Shown piece after piece: positions 28,201 to 40,300 of a DNA stretch of 64,000 nt. The translations under genes and the position numbers were made by a program. The DNA lies in contig NC_092676.1 of assembly GCF_964355755.1 (NCBI RefSeq), positions 11,757,888 to 11,821,887 of the forward strand, written 5' to 3'. Each line of letters starts with the position of its first letter. The stretch's first letter is position 1. Under the pieces are notes generated by a model. The model saw only the letters and a program-made list of their open reading frames with translations. It had not been told where the DNA came from and did no database searches. The stretch comes from Antedon mediterranea. Its lineage: Eukaryota; Animalia; Echinodermata.

Positions 28201-30531
28201 ACATTTATTCAGGCTATTGAGGAGGATGTACAAAACTACGTCCCGAGTCCAGATAAACGTGACAATCTCTCAAAACAAGAGAGGCAGGCCATTGCCAAAT
28301 TGCGTCAGCGTAATGATATTATCATTAAACCAGCTGATAAAGGTTCTGCCACTGTTGCCATGGACATCAAATTTTATGAAGAGGAGTCCTTAAGACAGCT
28401 AAACAATCCTCTTCATTATCGTAAACTTACAACGGATCCCACCCCGGAAATTGCGGATAAGGTGGCCAAATCTGTTTCTGTGATGGTAAAAAAAACACTC
28501 CATCGATCCTAAGATTGGACCTCATTTGGCACAGGTCAACCCAGTTCCAGGCAGATTTTATTTCCTACCTAAAATCCACAAAGCAGGCAATCCTGGTAGA
28601 CCCATTATTTCGGGCAATGGCACTGCTACAGAGAAAATTTCTGAATATGTGGATGATTTACTAAGACCATATGTGACTGATCTCCCTTCATACATTCAGG
28701 ACTCCACGGACTTTATCCGCAAAATTAACCAAATTCAAAATTTACCTAATAATTCTGTTCTGGCTACATTAGATGTTTCATCATTGTATACTAATATCCC
28801 TCACGAAGAAGGAGCCGACGCATGTATTTTAAATTACATACAAATTCCAGGCAAAACGCCTACTAAAGCTCATTTACGAGAACTGGTCATGTTGATTTTA
28901 ACCAACAACAATTTTATTTTTGGAAATGACCATTACCTTCAAATTCATGGCACAGCGATGGGCACAAAAATGGCGCCATATTTTGCAAATTTATTTATGG
29001 GACAATTTGAGGCCAATTTTCTGTCCCTCCAACCAAATAAACCACTTGTTTGGTTTAGATACATTGACGACATCTTCATGATCTGGACCCATGGTGAAGA
29101 TAATTTGGAATCTTTTCTTCTCAATATTAATTCAGCTCACCCAACTATCAAATTTACAGCTACCAAATCCACTAGTAGCGTTGATTTTTTGGACACTATA
29201 GTGACCATAGAAAATGGTACACTAAAATCTGACCTATTCCGTAAACCCACGGATAAAAATATGTACCTGCTCCCTAGCAGTTGTCACCCCCGACACTGTA
29301 CTAAAAACATACCGTACAGTCAAGCATTACGTATCAGACGTATCTGTTCTTCAGATTTAGATTTTCAGAATCGTACCGAAGAACTAACCGGACATCTCCG
29401 GAACAGAAATTACAAGAAGGAATACATCGAAACTGCTATAAAGAAAGCAAAAGATATTCCTCGATGTCAAACACTGACGTACAAACCACGTCAGCCAAAA
29501 AAATCGACCAGAGTGCCATTGGTCACAACCTACCACCCTAGGTTGCCTCCATTACGGGCTATTATTGAGAAACAGATGCCCATTCTACAGTCCACAGAAC
29601 GTCTCAGGACTGCTTTTCCGGAACCACCCATTATTGCATTTCGTAGACCTCCCAACCTTCGTGATATATTAGTCAGATCCAAATTTAAGAGTGAAATTAA
29701 CTCTCATGACAGCCAAAATTTGGGCAGTCACCTTTGCGGCAAATCTTGCAAATCTTGTTCATTGGTTGATTCTACTGAAAAATTTGAGAGTAACCAAACT
29801 GGCCGCATTTTTCGGATAAGACAATCAATGAATTGTCTAACCAAAAACGTCATTTATCTCATATACTGTAATATTTGTGGCAAACAGTACGTCGGAGAAA
29901 CAAAAAACACTCTCCGTATGAGAATGACACAACATAGATCAGCTATCAAAACATTAAAGCTTGATCAACCTGTAGCCGAACATTTTAATTCAGCTGGTCA
30001 CTCGATTGCAAATTTCAGAGTTATTGCAATAGACCACGATGTCAAATGGAGCGACAAAACTCGCAAAGACAAAGAAAACCACTGGGAATTACTACTTAAA
30101 CCACAAAACCTTTTGGACTTAACATTAGGAACATACTCCCAGATCGGTAAAATTATTCCATTGACTACCAAAATTTAAGTTTCAATATTTAAGCTGTTTT
30201 TTAGTCTCATTCCAAAATTGTTTATATCTCTACCAAGCTACCTTCTTTGTTTTCCACTTTTATTCAGACTCCACCCTGGCTCCCTTTGTTATATTTCTTT
30301 TATTCCTGTCCACGCAGGCAGCACTTGCCAGCTTTATACTCTGACGTTATCCAAATTCCTTCAATTGCACTGATGAAGGGCTAGTGTTGCCCGAAAGCTC
30401 TGCTAACTTTTCTGGCTGTTTACTTTATCGTTTTGATTTAGCTTTTCGCTTTTTATTTTTGTATCTCCATTGAGATCCAGCCACTGATACCCACAGCATT
30501 GTCATTTTTTTCAGTAATTTGCCTTTGGATT

Positions 30532-30595
<64 letters not shown>

Positions 30596-33500
30596 ATAAC
30601 AGCAGAAAACTTGGTTACTTCATTGTTTTAATCACTACAAATTTGTTTCGTACGACCAGCATGTAGCTGGCCGCACTCTTCAGGTGAAATATAAAACATA
30701 AGTGACACAGTTGTCTCATAGTGCTTAATAAAAGTGAGTCATCAGGAAGTCGTATACAATAGCCTATTGTTTTAGATAAACTGTTTGGATCTGCAATTTA
30801 GTAAGAATTTTTTCCTATGTCTACAAGTAGAGACTAACTCGTTCTTACGGTTCAGTGAGCATAGCTCTGGTTGACATATAATAACATACTTTTCATATAT
30901 ACATAAATTACATCTTTTGTTAATATTTGAGTAAGGTTTGCATTTCTTTATAATTTTCCATTTAATTGAGTAATTTGTTTTTGAGTCTTTAAGTGTCCAT
31001 ATATATTTACTGAGTTCCGTTGCATTTCTTAGTTTTTCGTTCCGGAATGAAGACGTATGGTTTCTGTATCTGGTTTTAAACTGGTTTTCAGTTAGTCCGA
31101 CATATGTTTCTTCTTTTGATGAATCTTCTCTCTTTACTGTAGCTTGGTAAACTACACATTTTGTTAGGCAGTTACCTGGGAGCGGGCATTCATTGGGATT
31201 GCGGCAGTTACATCCGCTTGTTTTCGCGTTGGTTTCAGTAGATTTTTCTTTGGCTATCACATATTTGTTGTGTGCGTTAATTACTTTTTTTACGCTGGGC
31301 ATGCAACTGTAGCTTAGTTTCAAGGTATTTTTGTTAAATATTTTTCTGAGCTTGTTGCCGGCAGGAAAACAATCTTCTACTATAGCTAAAAACTTGTGGC
31401 CGATTGAGCACTCTATCCAAACGGTCTGAAAATTTCAACCTGAATATATATATATATATATATATATATAAACACAAGAGGCAAAGAACATTAATTCTAA
31501 ACCGCCCGGTGATATACTGAAATTTAATTAATTAATTTGAAACGATAAAGATGAGGAAATCTGTGAGAATGAGAAAAAGTCGCCCCAACCGAGACTCGAA
31601 CTCGGACCGCCTGCTTGATATGCAGATGTCCTAACCATTAGACCACTGGGGCTTTCATGGTATTGTTCGAACTCGATTGGATAGCGACTCTTTAACATTC
31701 TCGGCGTGGTACGGCGGAACAGCACTTAAACAAAAGTACTTACTTGCTACGTTTCAGCTACTTTCAGTTTAGCCTTGTTCACGCAAATGACGTTGACATG
31801 ATGTTCTGTCATTCGTCATAGTTCGGTGAATTACGCCACCTCTCGTCTGATGTTCAGCTTTCTGCTGGTGTCCCCCTTTGGATGCTCGGGTGTCCCTTTT
31901 TATTAAGTCATCGTAGATGTGGCTCAGTTCATGTCCTCCCTGGTCTCTGTTGATGTTCATATTCGTTTTTCTTATCCAAATGGCTTCTTTTATTTTTCTT
32001 GATAAGTAGTGTTGTTCTTTGTCTAATATTTATGTATTTTCAAAATCCGGTATGTGATTTTCTATGGTGGCGTGATCTGTGATAGCTGATTTGTGTAGAA
32101 TTTTAGATTGTGAATGGCGAGCGCTCCTGGTTCTTGTCCCTATCGTATTTTTTTCCACGTCTGTTTTGTGTTCTATTATTCTTGTTTTTAATGCTCTGCC
32201 CGTTTCCCCTATGTATACCTTCTTGCAGTTGTGGCAACCTACTTGGTAGACTATACCACACTGTTGATCTTTGTCAATCTTGTCTTTAGGAATTTGTTTT
32301 TGGGAGTGATATATGTATTTATATTGTGCTGTTTCAATGTTCTTCTTAGCCTTTGAGTCATTCCTTCGACATATATGGTAAACCAATGTTGACTTTGGAT
32401 TTTTCTTTATCTGTTGTTATTTCTTTGTCTTTGTTTGCTTTTCTATGTTCCCTTTTGTCTTTAACTCTTTTAAAACTCCAGTCTGGATATCCGCATGTTG
32501 ATAAAGCTGCTTTTATATGACTCATTTCTTGTTTTTGTACTTCTTCTGTTGATACGATGGATTCACATATGTCCACTAGGGTGTTGACTACGCTAAGTTT
32601 ATGTTCGAGTGGGTGATTTGATTGAAAGTGCAGGTATTGGTCTGTGTGTGTCGATTTTCTTTACACTGATGTTTTTATGTTACCATTATCTTGGATAGTG
32701 ATTAGAGTATCGAGGAAAGGGATGGAGTTGTTTTTCATGTTCTCCATGGTGAATTTTATTTGGCCTGTCTGGTCAATGGTGTTTAGATGTAGGAGGTGTT
32801 CTTCTTCAAATCCAATTGGTACAATTGCCAGGACATCGTCTACATATCTGCGCCAGAAAATCGGTTTGATATGTGATGGTGCTGTTTCTGTGGCACGTTG
32901 TTCCAAGTCTTCCATGAATATATTTGCCATTATGGGGCTGACAGGGCTGCACATCTGAACATCAGACGAGAGGTGGCGTAATTCACCGAACTATGACGAA
33001 TGACAGAACGTAGAAGGTAGAACTGTTTTTAAATCGTATGCGATGGAAGGCCTTCCATTACCTAAATACGTGTTGTACTTGCTAATTAACATACTATTGT
33101 TCACATAAACAGTTTGCCTTACAACTTCATTATAGCTTTTTGTATTCACTTGTTACTATCATTCAGAGCCAAGCACCTGAAGATTGAGTTCATATTCATG
33201 AAACAGCCTGTAGTGCAATAAAATGTTCAGTTGGTAATTTACTAGCGTCTTTATCATTTATTTATATTTGGCTCTACATTTTGTATCGAGCACTTTCGCT
33301 TTCATGATCTGCGTAAAATTTACCACGATTTATATTTTGCTCCTATTTTTGTTGAGCACTGTTCAGATCAACATGGAACGTATCGACCTTGGTTATTCCA
33401 CTAAGAACATACCGACGGCTCAACCAAATGAATACATGAAGTTTATGATCCAGAAGGTAGAACTGTTTTTAAATCGTATGCGATGGAAGGCCTTCCATTA

Positions 33501-35068
33501 CCTAAATACGTGTTGTATTTGCTAATTAACATACTATTGTTCACATAAACAGTTTGCCTTACAACTTCATTATAGCTTTTTGTATTCACTTGTTACTATC
33601 ATTCAGAGCCAAGCACCTGAAGATTGAGTTCATACTCATGAAACAGCCTGTAGTGCAATAAAATGTTCAGTTGGTAATTTACTAGCGTCTTTATCATTTA
33701 TTTATTTATTTATATTTGGCTCTACATTTTGTATCGAGCACTTTCGCTTTCATGATCTGCGTTAAATTTACCACGATTTATATATATATATAATATATAT
33801 CAAATTTACAGCTACCAAATCCACTAGTAGCGTTGATTTTTTGGACACTATAGTGACCATAGAAAATGGTACACTCAAAACTGACCTATTCCGTAAACCC
33901 ACGGATAAAAATATGTACCTGCTCCCTAGCACTTGTCATCCCCGACACTGTACTAAAAACATACCGTATAGTCAAGCATTACGTATCAGACGTATCTGTT
34001 CTTCAGATTTATATTTTCAGAATCGTACCGAAGAACTAATTATATAAATATAAATTAAATTACATATATTACATTATATGATAGATTACAAGAAGGAATA
34101 CATCGAAACTGCTGTAAAGAAAGCAAAAGATATTCCTCGATGTCAAACACTGACGTACAGACCATTGGTCACAACCTATCACCCTAGGTTGCCCCCATTA
34201 CGGGCAATTATTGAGAAACATATGCCCATTCTACAGTCCACAGAACGTTTTAGGACTGTTTTTCCGGAACCACCCATTATTGCATTTCGTTAGTTAGTCA
34301 GATCCAAATTTAAGGGTGAAATTAACTCTCATGACAGCCAAAATTTGGGCAGTCACCTTTGCGGCAAATCTTGCAAAATTTGTTCATTGGTTGATTCTAC
34401 TGAAAAATTTAAGAGTAACCAAACTGGCCGCATTTTTCGGATAAGACAATCAATTAATTGTCTAACCAAAAACGTCATTTCTCATATACTGTAATATTTG
34501 TGGCCAGTACGTCGGGGAAACAAAAAAAACACTCTCCGTATGAGAATGACACAACACAGATCAGCTATCAAAACATTAAAGCTTGATCAACTTGTAGCCG
34601 AACATTTTAACTCAGCTGGTCACTCGATTGCAAATTCCAGAGTTGTTGCAATAGACCACGATGTCAAATAGAGCGACAAAACTCGCCAAGACAAAGAAAA
34701 GCACTGAGAATTACAACTTAAAACCACAAAACCTTTTGGACTTAACATTAGGAACATACTCCCAGATCGGTAAAATTATTCCATTCACTACCAACATTTA
34801 AGTTTCAATATTTAAGCTGTTTTTTAGTTTCATTCATCCAAAATTGTTTATATCTCTACAAAGCTACCTTCTTTGTTTTCTACTCTTATTCAGACTCCAC
34901 TCTGTCTCCTTTTGTTGTATTTTTTTTATTCCTGTCCAACCAGGCAGCACTTGCCAGTTCTTATACTATTACGTTATCCAAATTCCTTTACTTGCACCGA
35001 TGAAGGGCTAGTCACCAGCCACTGATACACACAGCATTGTCATTTGTTCAGTAATTTGCCTTTGGATT

Positions 35069-35100
<32 letters not shown>

Positions 35101-37245
35101 CGTTAAGTCTGGAAAAGAAGTAAAAACTACAGTTTGGTCTCTACAGGCTTGTTTCGTGAGTCGTGAAACTCACTCATCAGGAGACTATAATGAGAACAAT
35201 CAATTACAACGTTGCTTATAAGCACATTTACTTGTAGAATTAGCATTTACAGGTGATATGTTTTGGAATTTCAGCTGTTATGTAACAATGCCTTCTTTCT
35301 TTGCCGGCAGGCGGACACGAGTTCGTTGCGTTTGTTTAATGTCGATAATTCAGGGTGGCGGATGATAAATAATTTCTCTTTGAGGCAGAGGTTGAATTTT
35401 TTGTTTGCGCTACTGTATGCTTTAGCAGATGCCAAGATGCGCCATGTGATTGAATAGTCTGTGTTGTTGTCCTTGAGTGTCCAAATATGTTTACTGAGTT
35501 TGGTTGAGTTTCTAGAACGTGTATGACGGAATGATGAGGTGTGATTTCTGTATCGCGTTTTAAAATCATTTTCAGTGAGTCCGATATAAGTTTCCGAGGT
35601 GGATTTGTCTTTGCGTGTAACTGTGGCTTGGTATATTACAGATGATTGTAGGCAATTTCCGTTTAGCGGGCATGTGTTTTTCTGTTGGCAGTTGCATGTT
35701 TTGATTTCTTGCGTGTTTTCCATGGATGTTGTTTCGGGCTGGTTGAGTATTCTCTTGTTGTGACTGTCTATAATATCTGTTTCATATTGTTCATACAACT
35801 GTAGCTAATCTTGATGGTTTTTCGGTTGAAGATTTTTCTTAGTTTGTTATCTTTTGGAAAATGTTTGTCTACTAGGGATAGGAATTTCTGTCCAATGTTT
35901 GTGCTGACGTTTTTGCTGAACGGTGGGTTGTACCACAGAATGTCGTTTCGTTGTCTGTTTTTTCGTCTTGTCTGGGTTACCGGCTCGTATTTTAGTGTGT
36001 ACTGGTATCCACTGTCGTTGAGAGTTTTCTGGTATACAGGGGCGGCTTGGTTGAATGAATTCTCGGATGACAAGGACGAGAGTCGTTTGTTTATTCCGGC
36101 GGGTATATTCTTTAGGATGGTCGGTGGGTGGTTACTTTGTTGATGGATATACTGTAACGTGGGGTTTGGTTTGGTGTAGGGCTGGTATGTGTTCCTCGCT
36201 AGGTTTAGTGTGACGTCTAAGAAGTTAATGACTTGTTTGTTTGCTTCTATGGTAATGCGTAGGCCGTTATCTTTGAATATTTGGTATATGTCTTTTTCAA
36301 TGTTTTCTGTGCTTTTAGGTGTGGTATCTGTGACGGCAAGGCCGTCATCTCTGTAAAGTCCTATGTTGATTCCTAGTTTCTGTTGTAATTGGTGTAACAG
36401 GAAGCTTCCAACAAGTTCACACATTTCTGCGCCATCATAACTACCCATAGTCACATCGAATGCTGTGGGGCCTTTCTTTTGCCATGGTTGCTGTTTGTGT
36501 GATAATATTGATGTTTTGGTATGTACGATGATGTCTCTTTCGTCGTTGGTAATATCATCGTATCTATTAGCGAAGTCTAGTGCTTTGTTCAGCAGGTCAT
36601 TGCTGATATAGGGGTAAAATTCTACGATGTCGAAGCATATAAAGTTGTGTTGTTGTTTCTTGTCGATGCTCTTAAACCATTCGATGACCGATGAGGTATT
36701 TTTCCATTGGTTGGTGCGAAGTTTTGATGTAATTTTGCTGTTAATACGATCGAGTATAGTTTTGCTTATCTTGCCTATCTCGGATTTGGTCGGGTTTATT
36801 AATCGGCAAGTCGGTTTGTTAGTGAAGTTCGGTTTGTGGTCTTTAAGGGTTATGAAAGCATCTTTATTTGCAGTTGTATCCACTCTGTCGTTCAATTTTG
36901 TTGCAATACTTTTTCTATGAATCGTTTGTACGAGTTCAGGTTCTGCTTTCTTGTATGATTTAGTGATGTTTTCTTCTAGGAGGTTGTCATACGTCGGTGG
37001 GTCTAGTTTGTAAGAAATTTGTGGTTTTGTCGGCTGCAATTAAAAGTTTGGGCTCGTTCCAAATCATACAAGAAAGCAGAACCTGAACTCGTACAAACGA
37101 GTCATAGAAAAAACAAAAGTATTGCAACAAAATTGAACATCGCCGAGACCAAACTGTAGTTTTTACTTCTTTTCCAGACTTAACGTATATTTTAGCTCTA
37201 CTTTACCGTATTGAGCACTTTTTAGACGGTTACATTGAACCGAAC

Positions 37246-37321
<76 letters not shown>

Positions 37322-40300
37322 ACAACAGGCATAGAAATAAATTCCAAACCGCCCGGTGATACACTGAAAATTATTTAATTAATTTTTGAAACGATAAAGA
37401 TGAGGAAATCTGGGAGAATGAGAAAAAATCGCCCCAACCGAGACTCGAACTCGGACCGTCTGCTTGATATGCAGTTGCCCTAACCATTAGACCACTGGGG
37501 CTTTCATGGTATTGTTCTTTAACTCGATCGGATAACGACCCTTTAACATTAGCGAGCTTTCGTTGTAGTACGGAAGTAGTTCAGTACGGTAATTTGAACC
37601 GAAATGTAATCCACGCATCCGCAGAAATTTGAGACTTACCGTAGCGTTAAATTTGAGAACGGTAGTGAGAAGAAATAGCGTCCTGTCTGAAACGTACATT
37701 CAGCTGTGTATTTTAATTATGGAGGACACGATGGAAGTAGTATCGTCAAGAGTAAAGCAGTTTAATCAGTCGTTATTTTAACTTATTGTAATCAAACATG
37801 GACTAGGCTATAGCATATTAAATGAATATTCATTAATGTCAAGTTTCAAGTTTATTGTTTCACACAATACAATACAATATAATACAGAAACATAAATTAA
37901 TAAATACAATTGTGTGAGCAGGACGCATTAATCAGCCAAGGCTTTAAGTTTGGTCCTCCAGAGAAGTAAAAATATATTTAATTATTTAATGTAAGCATTA
38001 CTTACTAAATAACAATGTAGTGCTCTAGATCAGTGATGCAAAATATAAAATAAAAAAATTGGCATAGAGATTCGGCCTAACTAGGCCTCTAGGCCTAGCT
38101 AGCCTGAAATAGCTGTTGCATTCATCATCGTTGAATTTATCTAAGTTGAATTGATATTCATCGCTTTTATACTGAAAATTAGGATTACTTGGATAATTCA
38201 TACTATACAACATAATGAATTCTTCCTCGTCTAGAATATCTGAAATATAGGCAGCAACAAGAGCATCTCGTACCCTATGTAGGTTCGCCATGTTGTGTGA
38301 GATGCTGAAAGCCGAGACAACTGATGATGATACCTGATCGCACTATGACGTCACGCACATGTTCCCATCGCGTGAACAAAACGAAACAGTAACAGAGACA
38401 TGACGGGAGCCCAGTAAATGAGTACAGTCACGGTTGGTTAAACCGGCCGTACTGCACGTTTACCGTCCCGTTACGAAAGCTCGCTATTCTCGGCGTGGTA
38501 CGGTTGGAACACAACTAGTCCTCAGTTGTACGCACGCGCACCAGAGATCAAATATATACGCCCTCATCTATAATTCAGTATATTTATTCACTAAGCGGGA
38601 TCTCGAGAGATACTTTTATATATATATAAACACAACAGGCATAGAAATAAATTCCAAACCGCCCGGTGATACACTGAAAATTATTTAATTCATTTTTGAA
38701 ACGATAAAGATGAGGAAATCTGGGAGAATGAGAAAAAGTCGCCCCAACCGAGACTCGAACTCGGACCGTCTGCTTGATATGCAGTTGCCCTAACCATTAG
38801 ACCACTGGGGCTTTCATGGTATTGTTCTTTAACTCGATCGGATAACGACCCTTTAACATTCTCGGCGTGGTACGGTTGAAACACAACTAGTCCTCAGTTG
38901 TACGCACGCGCACCAGAGATCAAATTGATACGCCCTCATCTATAATTATATATATATATATATAATTTGAAACGATAAAGATGAGGAAATTCCTCATCTT
39001 ATCGTTTCAAATTAATTAATTAAATTTCAGTATATCACCGGGCGGTTTAGAATTAATGTTCTGTGCCTGATTTGTTTATATATATATAAGTATCTCTTCT
39101 GAGATCCCGCCTCGTGAATAAAAATACTGTAAGATGAGGGCGTATCAATTTGATCTCTGGTGCGCGTGCGTACAACTGAGGACTAGTGCTGTTGCATACC
39201 ATGAAAGCCCCAGTGGTCTAATGGTTAGGACATCTGCATATCAAGCAGGCGGTCCGAGTTCGAGTCTCGGTTGGGGCGATTTTTTCTCATTCTCACAGAT
39301 TTCCTCATCGTTATCGTTTCAAATTAATTAATTAAATTTCAGTATATCACCGGGCGGTTTAGAATTAATGTTCTTTGGGCGTATCAATTTGATCTCTGTT
39401 GCGCGTGCGTACAACTGAGGACTAGTGCTGTTCCGCCGTACCACGCCGAGAATGTTAAAGAGTCGTTATCCTATCGAGTTCGAACAATACCATGAAAGCC
39501 CCAGTGGTCTAATTGTTAGGACATCTGCATATCAAGCAGGCGGTCCGAGTTCGAGTCTCGGTTGGGGCGACTTTTTCTCATTCTCACAGATTTCCTCATC
39601 TTTATCGTTTCAATATATATATATAAATCGAAAGGCAAATTACTGAAAAAATGACAATGCTGTGACTATATATTACTCTAGTAGCTAGATCAACTTTCGT
39701 ATGCACTTTGGGGTCCAGAGAATTTGACTTCAGAAATTGATTTAAGATGGCCAAACAATCATTTTTGGCTTGGTTACACATTTCGAAAATGTGGCGAAAT
39801 GTCAAAAGGTCAGGGTGAAAGGTTATAAGACTAAACACCAATAGGTTCTTAAATCTCGACAACCACTAGACACAGCGAGGTAATTTTAGTCTCAAATATA
39901 TTTATATTCAGTCTAATAGGACATTTTAGTCAAAAATGACCGAAAATGACATTTCTGACCTTTGACCAACACCCCAGGGCATGTGTGTATCTCCGTAACT
40001 ACTGCTCGTAGACACTTGAATTTGGTCGAAATATACATTTTGTTATTTGTTTCACATTTTGAAAAATGTTACAAAAGGTCAAAGTGTTTTAAGGTCAAGG
40101 GTTATATGAACAAACACAAATAGGTACTTGTATCTCGGCAACCACTGATCGCAACAAGTAAATTTTAATCTCAAAATGTTGAGAAGGCATGCATTCATAT
40201 TCAGTCTAATGGGACATTTTTAGTCAAACATTATCAGAAATGCCATTTCTGACCTTTGACCCACATATCAGGGCATCTTCATATCTTTGTAAGTACTAGT

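Larger units (their letters stand above)
27124..30535 (+). mobile_element. Near full-length Penelope-like element, family A (Neptune-like), with ~250-bp direct pLTRs
   Basis: Direct repeats ~27124-27372 and ~30287-30535 flank RT plus GIY-YIG coding sequence; (TA)n on both sides. Confidence 0.93.
33012..33780 (+). mobile_element. 440-bp tandem dimer of a non-autonomous PLE derivative with one hammerhead per unit
   Basis: Units start at 33012 and 33452; includes a PLE-like N-terminal stub (33373-33525, MERIDLGYSTKNIP..MRWKAFHYLN); ends in (TA)n. Confidence 0.82.

Noticed and set aside
39130-39460. gatgag-ggcgt..acgcc-gagaa and ctgagga in the tRNA-repeat 5' flank as a hammerhead
   Set aside because: Core lacks CUGA and GAAA in the correct register; at most a structured leader.
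31528-39646. Recurrent peptide YHESPSGLMVRTSAYQAGGPSSSLGWGDFF
   Set aside because: Translation of the tRNA-like repeat; ORF starts are inconsistent between copies.
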